Virus record (IMG/VR): IMGVR_UViG_3300044999_000017
Coordinates: 1-50,490 of that record
DNA from: a virus
Lineage: Duplodnaviria; Caudoviricetes
Strand: one strand, 5' to 3'
DNA: 50,490 bases
This document shows positions 1-7,314 of this stretch, piece by piece. The notes below the pieces were generated by a model. That model saw only the letters and a list, made by a program, of their open reading frames with translations, ran no database searches and was not told where the DNA came from. A program made the position numbers and the translations under genes. The first letter of the stretch is position 1; every line of letters starts with the position of its first letter.

Positions 1-27
1 CTTGTGATTGGGCGCGTCGGCAAATGC
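1..27. repeat. 27-bp terminal direct repeat (circular assembly overlap), left copy
   Basis: cttgtgattgggcgcgtcggcaaatgc is identical to 50464-50490, and a reading frame continues across the join. Confidence 0.95.
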
Positions 28-339
28 GGCATCAGTCGGTCTTGTGCCAAGGGCAAATTGCTGTTGCTGGAAATCGCTTATTCCAGTGGTCGCTGTGTCC
101 GGGCCATAACTCAAGGTATCCGGCCATAGCTTTTCAGCACAAACGCCCAAGGTCTGCGCGGAATTGTTGAAATTTTCAAACAACTGCGACAACTGAACCA
201 CTGGCTGGCCTGCCAAGATTCCACACATCTCCATCGCGTAGAGCCTTGAGCACTGAAAGCAAAGACCCCCGACCTGCTCGCGCGGAGGAAGCACCGCCAG
301 ATAGCGCGGCGTCGGATCGAAAGTTGCTGGCAGGCTCAT
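28..339 (-). CDS. papain-like (C1-type) cysteine peptidase, 5' part; gene spans the origin, ~359 aa in total
   Basis: Manual translation: ATG at 339 (ATGA overlap with the upstream stop) gives MSLPATFDPT...PPREQVGGLCFQCS...QLSQLF...GVCAEKLWP, open across the junction into ORF 49723-50409. Resembles papain LP.xFDWR / QG.CGSCWAFS / LSEQ / G...E..YP motifs. Confidence 0.75.
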
Positions 340-479
340 CGGTCAATCCTGAAATGCGGGCCACTATGCCCAGCGTCGAGCAGACACTGGCCATCTGGAC
401 AACGAAACGGATCGACCACCGGCAAGGACTGGAATCGCCCCTGCAGGTAGCCGATCCAATAAAGCAAGTGGCCGATCAT
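336..479 (-). CDS. small protein with C-x-L-x-x-G-H-x-G-x-H motif
   Basis: MIGHLLYW...CLLDAGHSGPH; ATGA overlaps at both ends. Confidence 0.6.
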   Translation of the reverse strand: MIGHLLYWIGYLQGRFQSLPVVDPFRCPDGQCLLDAGHSGPHFRIDR

Positions 480-811
480 TTCCCGCTCTTGCCTTTGTGC
501 TTCGACAGCGCGCCATCGAATACGCCCTTTACCCACTGATATTGATTGGCGTCGATGTTGGGCGTGCGCATGGTCGATCCTCCACCATCAGCGCCGTCGT
601 TGGTGATAACCATTTCATACTTCAGCGTACCGCTCACACCAGGCGCTCCCGGCGCTTTCATGCGCTGGCGAGACGAATCATTCATCTTCTTGGCGACGCC
701 GAGGACGATGTCCTGCAGATCGCAGAGAGCATTGCGGTCGATCCCGGTAAAGGTCTTGGTTCCCGGCGTCGGATCGCTGTCGTGCGAGTAGGTTATGGTT
801 GCATCGAACAT
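476..811 (-). CDS. hypothetical protein
   Basis: 111-aa ORF with AAGGAG RBS, translationally coupled to the next gene. Confidence 0.7.
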   Translation of the reverse strand: MFDATITYSHDSDPTPGTKTFTGIDRNALCDLQDIVLGVAKKMNDSSRQRMKAPGAPGVSGTLKYEMVITNDGADGGGSTMRTPNIDANQYQWVKGVFDGALSKHKGKSGK

Positions 812-825
812 GATTTCTCCTTTGA

Positions 826-1035
826 TTACTTCTTGGGCGCTGCTGGAGCCTGAGCCGGTGCCGCAATCGCCGCCTGATAGACGACCATCGCCGCCAGGTC
901 ACACGCTATGCGCTGATCGGTTACAGGTGGAGGGTAAGCCGCCGCACAGGCTTGGATCGCGGCGAAATAGTCGGACTTCGGGCTGGCGTAGGCTGAGAGC
1001 GAGAACAGCGCGAGCAGTACGAGAACATATTTCAT
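826..1035 (-). CDS. small secreted/periplasmic protein
   Basis: MKYVLVLLALFSLSAYA signal peptide, AAGGAA RBS, two Cys. Confidence 0.65.
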   Translation of the reverse strand: MKYVLVLLALFSLSAYASPKSDYFAAIQACAAAYPPPVTDQRIACDLAAMVVYQAAIAAPAQAPAAPKK

Positions 1036-1054
1036 TTCTTTCCTTTCGTGGTTT

Positions 1055-1114
1055 GAAAAAGCGCGAGACCGAAGCCCCGCGTGAAGCTCAGGGCAAGGAG
1101 GAGGATGCCCCGAG
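1055..1114 (-). terminator. UCCUCCU-loop hairpin followed by an intrinsic terminator
   Basis: Minus strand: ctcggggca-TCCTCCTCCT-tgccctgag, then acgcggggcttcggtctcgcgc-TTTTT. Confidence 0.7.
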
Positions 1115-1118
1115 GTAT

Positions 1119-1364
1119 TCATTTCCCGATGACGTAAATGCGACCAGCCTTGCTGGTTGCAGACTTCGCATTCGGATTGTCCGAGTGCCGCGATACCTCC
1201 TCCATGAAAGCGTTGCGGTTCCACCATGTTCCGTGCTGGTCCAAGTGGCTCCCGTCATGTCCAGCCCGCAGCAGGCATTTCATGACGTGCAGCCCCCTTC
1301 CGGTGTGGTCCTTGACATCGAAGGTGGCGCGGCACTTGCGTTTTGGTATGAGACTGAAGCCCAT
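1119..1364 (-). CDS. small protein with CLLRAGHDGSH motif
   Basis: 81-aa ORF in operon orientation; same Cys/His motif as 336-479. Confidence 0.65.
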   Translation of the reverse strand: MGFSLIPKRKCRATFDVKDHTGRGLHVMKCLLRAGHDGSHLDQHGTWWNRNAFMEEVSRHSDNPNAKSATSKAGRIYVIGK

Positions 1365-1366
1365 TC

Positions 1367-1382
1367 AATGCCTTTGTGCATA
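1367..1382. promoter_or_regulatory. operator-like palindrome copy (AATGCC-TTTG-TGCATA)
   Basis: Matches WATGCM-N4-KGCATW; abuts a minus-strand TATACT -10 and sits just before ATG 1364. Confidence 0.7.
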
Positions 1383-1389
1383 GTATAGG

Positions 1390-2628
1390 TCATTCCGTGA
1401 CCATCGGCAGGGTGGTAGTTCCAACCAGCGTTCTATTACCCGAGGTGGTGATTGCCGCCCTGATCTCGTAGACGCAGCCAGAGACACCGTTCCTGATCGA
1501 CTGCCTGACTGTTAGTCCTGAGATATTGGCGGCGCCGTTCAAGATCGCGCTCGGCGTGGGATCAGCACCGTTCAAGAGGCTCACGGTAACGGTTGCCGAG
1601 GAGATGGTTTCAAGGCCGAGCTCCTGCGTGAAGTCAAGCGTGGCAATGATGACTTCGGATGGGTCTTTGGGTCCGATCGACATGGTATTTCCTAGAGGTA
1701 GCACTGCGATCCAGCGACGCGGAGCAATGATTTCGGTCCAGCGGCGCGGTGGAATGAGTTGGTAGAACTCCAGATCCAGCGAATAGGTTATTGGGCCACC
1801 GACTGACAGTGTCGGTATCTGCCCTGACTTGGTGATCTGCGCTCGGGCCGGCGTATAGCTGAACGCGCGTTTGAGTGTCGGGACTTGCCCGGTCAGCACC
1901 TTGCTTGCTAAACCCGGCGCACCTTTCCAACCGACGAAAAGGCTTGGTATCTGGCCGGTCTTGACGATGCTGGCGACACCGGGCGCGAAATTGAATGCAC
2001 GTACCAGTATTGGAACCTGCCCGGTCTTGAGCAAGTTTGTGGGGCTCGGATTGCCGCTGAATCCACCGCTTACGGTCAGGCTTGGAACCTGCCCGGTCTT
2101 GATCAGGCTCGCTAGGGTTGGCGTGTAATTGAACGCAACCTTGAGCGTCGGCACCTGGCCGGTCTTGAGGAGGCTTGATACTCCTGGTGCTCCTGTGAAC
2201 CCCTTTGAAAGATTTGGCACCTGCCCCGTCTTAACAAGGCTGGATACTGCAGGCGTGAAATAGAATGGTGTGCCAGGAGGAAGAACGGTCTGGCGCGTTC
2301 GCTGATTGCTGACCAGTCGACGCTTGGTAATGAGCGTGCTGACCGGCCGCAACGGAAAGCGAACAACGATAAAGCCGGAGATCCTCAGGATCGGGACTTG
2401 GCCTGTCTTGATGATGTGGGCCAGCCCCGGCGTATAGAGGCCGGGAACGGTGATGCCGCCATGCGGCCTAGCGAGATTGGCGTGCCCGAAGAGCCGCGGC
2501 TGCAGAGCCCGGCGGGCATTGCCCGCGCCTTTAACAACCAGCGGTCTTACCGGAGGTTTGCTTGTTGCGTACCCGTGCGGTCCACCGAGTTGTGCTCGGA
2601 CGAGGTGTCGTCGAGTTCCGGCAGCCAT
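1390..2628 (-). CDS. tail appendage/scaffold protein with KTGQVP repeats and a C-terminal fiber-tail adaptor-like domain
   Basis: 8 copies of P...S++KTGQ(V/I)P.L; the C-terminal KDPSE...LDF...ETISSATV...G..YEI...TTS..RT segment resembles small phage adaptor domains. Confidence 0.6.
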   Translation of the reverse strand: MAAGTRRHLVRAQLGGPHGYATSKPPVRPLVVKGAGNARRALQPRLFGHANLARPHGGITVPGLYTPGLAHIIKTGQVPILRISGFIVVRFPLRPVSTLITKRRLVSNQRTRQTVLPPGTPFYFTPAVSSLVKTGQVPNLSKGFTGAPGVSSLLKTGQVPTLKVAFNYTPTLASLIKTGQVPSLTVSGGFSGNPSPTNLLKTGQVPILVRAFNFAPGVASIVKTGQIPSLFVGWKGAPGLASKVLTGQVPTLKRAFSYTPARAQITKSGQIPTLSVGGPITYSLDLEFYQLIPPRRWTEIIAPRRWIAVLPLGNTMSIGPKDPSEVIIATLDFTQELGLETISSATVTVSLLNGADPTPSAILNGAANISGLTVRQSIRNGVSGCVYEIRAAITTSGNRTLVGTTTLPMVTE

Positions 2629-3390
2629 TTAGAGGTTCGCACGGTTGCGCGCTTGTAGCCCAATGATCTGAATTGCCTTGGCGTGTGGCGCTCCTCCAGC
2701 TTGCGGCGGCTGCAGCGCCACTAGCATCGTCGTGTAGTGATCCGTTGTCCCCGTCGTTGATCCTTGGCTGAACGTCGCATGCGCCGAGCCGGCGCTTGCC
2801 AATATCCGATACGACAGCCGGCTACAGTCAAATAGGTTCGGGCTTGTAATGCCGTTGATGGCACCAGAGAAGCTGGTTCCGTCTGCAGGAACATTGCTCC
2901 CGCTACCCTGCGTGTCGTGATCCTGACAGAAGGCGACCAGCATGCAATTAGCAACGGAAGTCGACGCGCTCCCTGCCGATGTTATTGCGTCAGTGCCGGC
3001 CCCGGGCGAGGTCTGGCTAGCCGCTTCGTGAGCATTGACGATGCTCGCAGTGGTATCGGCTCCACTCCACTCACTGAGCGTCAATCGCGGATAGACGCCG
3101 TTGGATCCTGTGTAACTGACGGTCACCGTTTGTGGCGCATTGGTGATGTTCCTGGCGACATAGCTACGAAGTTCGTTGGCATTGGCCGCTCCACCAAGAA
3201 TCGTATCGACCGGCGCGTAAGTGTTGCTCTTGTCGTCAGTGAGTCCGCTGATAGTGCCGGTCGCACCGTGCTTGAGGAAGACAACAACACTGTTCCCGCT
3301 CGCGACTGTGCCAGTAAACGTGACCGCCAGCGACGATTGCGAGGATCCATCGAAAAAGCCGAATTTCTGCTGGACAGGGGCGATAGCCAT
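2629..3390 (-). CDS. putative tail appendage / receptor-binding protein
   Basis: Ser/Thr/Gly-rich beta-sandwich-like sequence (TDDKSNTY, ITNAPQTVTV) in the tail cluster. Confidence 0.55.
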   Translation of the reverse strand: MAIAPVQQKFGFFDGSSQSSLAVTFTGTVASGNSVVVFLKHGATGTISGLTDDKSNTYAPVDTILGGAANANELRSYVARNITNAPQTVTVSYTGSNGVYPRLTLSEWSGADTTASIVNAHEAASQTSPGAGTDAITSAGSASTSVANCMLVAFCQDHDTQGSGSNVPADGTSFSGAINGITSPNLFDCSRLSYRILASAGSAHATFSQGSTTGTTDHYTTMLVALQPPQAGGAPHAKAIQIIGLQARNRANL

Positions 3391-4605
3391 TTAGACCACC
3401 ATCGTTGCACGTACCGACTTCTGCGCTACCTGCATCGGCGGATATACAAAAGCGGCGCTCGCCGCACTCTCGGTCGTCGCGTTCATCGCCGTCGCCGTGT
3501 AGGAATGGGAAGTTCCCCGCCAATTCGCTGAATCGTCGTAGTAGCAATAAATCGGATTGGCGATCTGCACCCCGTCGCGGTAGAGCTTGGTCGATAGGTA
3601 AGCATTGGTACAGCCGCTCGGATCCCAGATCAGCCGATTATTGATCACCCGGATATTCTTTGGCGGGAGCAGAGTTGCACTCGTGCTTGAGCCGGCAATG
3701 AAGGGCAGGACCATGTTGCTTCTCGGTGCCCAATTTGGATCAAAGGCACCGTACTGTTGACTTGCGATCTGCTGGTCCTGCACTGCCCACGAGAGCCAGC
3801 CGCGAATCTTTGCATCGGCCATATTGCCCAGCGTTGCAAGACCGATACACCAGTTCGTTACCTGAGTGCTGGTGTAGGCACTGAAATCCGCTCCACCTTC
3901 GCCGAACAGTATTTCTTTCGTTGGATGCGTCGTCCGCGGATTGTTGGTGACATCGGTGGTCGTCGGTTGCGCGCTGATCTCATAAGTCTGCGGATAGACG
4001 TGGTAATCCAGGCAATCACAAGACGCGATGATGGTTGAAATCCATGCGTCATCTTTTAGCCCAAGCGTGCTGCTAAAAGTACAGGGGATAATGGACGGAA
4101 CGCTTGACTTGACCAGCGAGTAAATATTGTTGCAGCGAGCCGCCGTCATGTTGGCATTGGCTTCCTGAATAATATCGAGCTCGATGATGTTAGCTCGATA
4201 ATCAGGTGCGCCCGATACTCCGGTAACGCAGCCGACATTGCTGATGACGATGTTGGAAATCTGGGCATCAGTCATCGCCACAGTACCGTTATCAGTGCCT
4301 CCTGTATCGTAAGTCGCGCAGCCGGTAAGCAGGACCGATAGGCCGTTAGCGACGCAATAGGCGACAAGCTGCTGCGTGCGGGTGTTGTACGTCGCTTGGG
4401 TGATCAGTCCGTTCTGCACCATCGCTACATCACCGATGAGGCGAATGCAGTTTGCCCCCAAGCTCATCGCGTAGTCGATCTGCCGCCGAATCCAGCCAAC
4501 CCAGTCCCACTCAATCCAATACGCGGACTCAAGCGGCGACCCGGGCTTGCTGGTCAGGTTCCAACCACGAACCTTGCCGGCGAAATTGACTGCTACATCA
4601 GCCAT
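3391..4605 (-). CDS. GH5/clan GH-A-like glycoside hydrolase with C-terminal FnIII-like domain
   Basis: GANCIRL, ELDIIQEAN (acid/base position), LDYHVYP and EILFGEGG (nucleophile position); C-terminal LYRDG...YYDD...SYTATA. Confidence 0.7.
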   Translation of the reverse strand: MADVAVNFAGKVRGWNLTSKPGSPLESAYWIEWDWVGWIRRQIDYAMSLGANCIRLIGDVAMVQNGLITQATYNTRTQQLVAYCVANGLSVLLTGCATYDTGGTDNGTVAMTDAQISNIVISNVGCVTGVSGAPDYRANIIELDIIQEANANMTAARCNNIYSLVKSSVPSIIPCTFSSTLGLKDDAWISTIIASCDCLDYHVYPQTYEISAQPTTTDVTNNPRTTHPTKEILFGEGGADFSAYTSTQVTNWCIGLATLGNMADAKIRGWLSWAVQDQQIASQQYGAFDPNWAPRSNMVLPFIAGSSTSATLLPPKNIRVINNRLIWDPSGCTNAYLSTKLYRDGVQIANPIYCYYDDSANWRGTSHSYTATAMNATTESAASAAFVYPPMQVAQKSVRATMVV

Positions 4606-5024
4606 CAGTGGGTTGCCTTTGTAGTCCTGCGGTACTCTTTGTTTTCAACCCGCTTTATCCAGTTGCAATTCGCGCACAAAAGTTGCATTACTAAGCGCGC
4701 TGTCTCTTGGTTTTTCTTTACATAGTTATATCGTTTCTGCAGTGACCATCCAACATCCTGTCGATACTTATGGCCGTCCCCGTTGATGTGGTCAATTTGC
4801 AGCACTCTTGGATCATCAATCCCGCAATGAACACATTTGCCGCCAAAGAAATCTAAAATCCATTGGCGAATGCGCTCGTTGTACGATTGGTGTGTTTGTT
4901 GTTTCCGCTCGGGATTGAGACGAGTCCATTTCTCATTCCCTGCTCGACTGATCTCTCTGGCTCGGTCTCGGTTATCAGCCCGCCAAGACCTCATGTAAGT
5001 TGCCTTTTTTTCCTTATTAATCAT
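4605..5024 (-). CDS. free-standing HNH endonuclease
   Basis: CVHCG...LQIDHINGDG...QLLCANCN; more AT-rich than its neighbours. Confidence 0.85.
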   Translation of the reverse strand: MINKEKKATYMRSWRADNRDRAREISRAGNEKWTRLNPERKQQTHQSYNERIRQWILDFFGGKCVHCGIDDPRVLQIDHINGDGHKYRQDVGWSLQKRYNYVKKNQETARLVMQLLCANCNWIKRVENKEYRRTTKATH

Positions 5025-5031
5025 TATGTTA

Positions 5032-5493
5032 TCACTCGTCCCATTCCAAATTCGCGTCAGCATTGATCGCTGCACCCGCTCCGCGGTTGGCACGAATGCT
5101 GTACCCCTTGGCGGTCGATGCGGCGCCCTGCACTGTCGGCTCACGGCCAAGCGGGTACTGAATGACTAGGCCAGAAGATGGCGGCACGTTGTACGTTTTG
5201 AGAATGGTGACTGTGCCCTCTGACGCCGGCAACTTCTTCGCCGTGAAGGCGGAACCTCCGGCTATTGTTCCGTCTTGTTGTAATGACGGAGTTACGGACG
5301 TACCGGCTGCCGAGGTCGCAGTAACCATGCAAAGCTGGACTAGTACTGGAGGATCAGTCGCCGAAACACCCGAGAATGTGATTGACATTTCGGTGATGAT
5401 CGCTTTCCGATTAACTGGCGGATTGACTTCGAGAATCGTTGCCATTGAGGCGGGAACTGCCGCCGCTTCTGCTGTTGCTGCAAAGAGTGCCAT
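5032..5493 (-). CDS. putative virion structural protein
   Basis: 153-aa ORF with AAGGAG RBS, in the tail cluster. Confidence 0.6.
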   Translation of the reverse strand: MALFAATAEAAAVPASMATILEVNPPVNRKAIITEMSITFSGVSATDPPVLVQLCMVTATSAAGTSVTPSLQQDGTIAGGSAFTAKKLPASEGTVTILKTYNVPPSSGLVIQYPLGREPTVQGAASTAKGYSIRANRGAGAAINADANLEWDE

Positions 5494-5506
5494 TTGAAAG
5501 CTCCTT

Positions 5507-5980
5507 TTATGGGCTGTGGGTAATTGCGATCAAACCCGATCCGCCCGGTAGAATCGTGATCGTATTCGGTGCGGCGGTAAGCGGAACATCGGCCGGTGTC
5601 GCATCGCCAAGTACAAAACCAACTAACGGCTTGGCATGACCGTTGATGGTCGCGTTGACGTAAATAATCGCCCACCGCCATGCGGGAATGCCAGAGCTCG
5701 ACGCGGTCCAGCTCGGACTCGGACCCGTGAAATTGAAGGTCGTGGTCCCAACGCTGCGCGTAATCGTTACTCCGGTCAGCGTGACTCCGCCAAGCGTGTA
5801 CCCGTTGCCGGTAGTGAGTTCGTTGGTCAGATCGCCATAGAGCGATTGCGCCGCCGAGGTAATGGTCTGCGTTACCGTGACCAGCACCATGTTGAAGGTA
5901 TTGGCGGCTTTCAAAATATCTGTTCCGTCCGCTTCCCACAGGGTCACGGTATCGAACAGGGTGAAGGTTCCCATTGCCAT
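5507..5980 (-). CDS. putative tail-associated structural protein
   Basis: Thr-rich 157 aa with NEL..GNGYT.GG.TL and WTAS motifs typical of small phage tail proteins. Confidence 0.65.
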   Translation of the reverse strand: MAMGTFTLFDTVTLWEADGTDILKAANTFNMVLVTVTQTITSAAQSLYGDLTNELTTGNGYTLGGVTLTGVTITRSVGTTTFNFTGPSPSWTASSSGIPAWRWAIIYVNATINGHAKPLVGFVLGDATPADVPLTAAPNTITILPGGSGLIAITHSP

Positions 5981-5991
5981 GATTTATTCCT

Positions 5992-7314
5992 TTAGTAAGC
6001 CCACTCTGTTGCAAAGCCCATCTTCTGCAGCGCTGGGATGTCCTGTTTCAAGCGCTTCCCGATGTCGGTGCGGTATTGCGGATTGTTCGGAATCTCGACG
6101 CTGTCGGCCGCGGCATAGGCTTGCCGTGCAGCTTCCGAGACGGTATCGCCAAGCCCTGTTGCGACTACCAGATATTCGCCAGCCGACACCATGCAGCGCT
6201 GATCGACCCCGTTGTCATCAGGAGCCATGCCTGACACCAGCTCGCACGGCGCAAGGTAAGGACGGTATTCGTTTTCATCATCGAGCCCCCAGACCGGAAT
6301 GCCATTGGACGCCTTGGGTTCTGGATTTTTGTTCGGCCATGGAGGAATGCTCATGACGATGCCCACCGCAATGTCTGGCATTGGTTCAAAGGTATCGTCA
6401 CCATCGACCAGATGAGCCAGCCACTCGCACGGATCGGGATGCAGGGTCTGCACGATATTGAATGACGGCCAGCCCAGGCGACAGGTGAACTCCATTGGCC
6501 GCGGGCTTCCGTCCTCGTCGATGATTACCGATACGTCTACTGAGCCGGTGTGTCCCATCTTGATCAGGTCACCCTCAAGCGGTAACAGGACTTCCTGAGC
6601 CAGTTGTGATTCGCTCATTTTCATGTAGCGGATCGCCGACCCAGTCTCGCCCGTATTGGGTCCAACATCGTCATTCATGAACGTCTTGTGTTCCCAGCAT
6701 TCCTCGACATACTTTAGGAACCCGTTTTTGCCGAGCCAGCCGTTGACAGAAAACTCAACGCCCTCGACCTTCTCCTGCATCATGAAAGTGCCATGCGTCT
6801 TTCCGTCAGATCCAACGCGGCGCAGCTTGAACACCATGTCCTTGACCGACTTCCCGACATAGGAAAGCGCCTTGTCCTTATCCCCATTGGGCTTGCTCAC
6901 AAAGGGCCGTTTCTCCGCAAGAACGTACTTTTCCGCCTTCTTGTAGTCGGAAAACATTTGGTAGGGGATGACGTCGATTCCGCACTTCTGCATGAGCTTC
7001 TGGCCCGCTCCGCGATCAAGCTCAAGTTGTGCTGACTCATACGAAGGAGAAAGCACGGGGTATCCTTTTTTGCGGTAGACATCGAGCTCCTTCAGCCACT
7101 TCACGTTGTCGGTAGTGATGATCAGGTCGGCCCAGTTCACATGCGCTTGCCACTTCTCTCCCGCGATCTTCTCGATCAGACCGTCTCCGATCTTTCGCGG
7201 CTGCTTGGTATCCTTGTCGATCGCCATGCAGGTCATGACTCTATGCCCTCGTGCATAGCAACGAAGCGCAAAATCCAGCGCGGAGCCGGTTTGATCGAGC
7301 ACCAAGATATTTAT
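5992..7314 (-). CDS. PurD (GAR synthetase)-like ATP-grasp ligase, divergent
   Basis: QEKVEGVEFS, EHKTFMNDDVGPNTGETG, MEFTCRLGWPS and YRTDIG correspond to PurD motifs; probable ATA start at 7314 (track start TTG 7305). Confidence 0.8.
   Translation of the reverse strand: MNILVLDQTGSALDFALRCYARGHRVMTCMAIDKDTKQPRKIGDGLIEKIAGEKWQAHVNWADLIITTDNVKWLKELDVYRKKGYPVLSPSYESAQLELDRGAGQKLMQKCGIDVIPYQMFSDYKKAEKYVLAEKRPFVSKPNGDKDKALSYVGKSVKDMVFKLRRVGSDGKTHGTFMMQEKVEGVEFSVNGWLGKNGFLKYVEECWEHKTFMNDDVGPNTGETGSAIRYMKMSESQLAQEVLLPLEGDLIKMGHTGSVDVSVIIDEDGSPRPMEFTCRLGWPSFNIVQTLHPDPCEWLAHLVDGDDTFEPMPDIAVGIVMSIPPWPNKNPEPKASNGIPVWGLDDENEYRPYLAPCELVSGMAPDDNGVDQRCMVSAGEYLVVATGLGDTVSEAARQAYAAADSVEIPNNPQYRTDIGKRLKQDIPALQKMGFATEWAY
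7242..7257. promoter_or_regulatory. intragenic operator-like palindrome (TATGCC-CTCG-TGCATA)
   Basis: Full match to the consensus, near the 5' end of the ATP-grasp gene. Confidence 0.6.

Noticed and set aside
1-27. Terminal repeat as a biological direct terminal repeat
   Set aside because: It is only 27 bp and falls inside a gene, which fits an assembler overlap of a circular contig
5992-7314. Z-genome (2-aminoadenine) pathway from the purine-like enzyme plus DUF550
   Set aside because: PurZ is a PurA homolog whereas this is PurD-like; no PurZ or phage DNA polymerase was seen, and DUF550 is common in temperate phages
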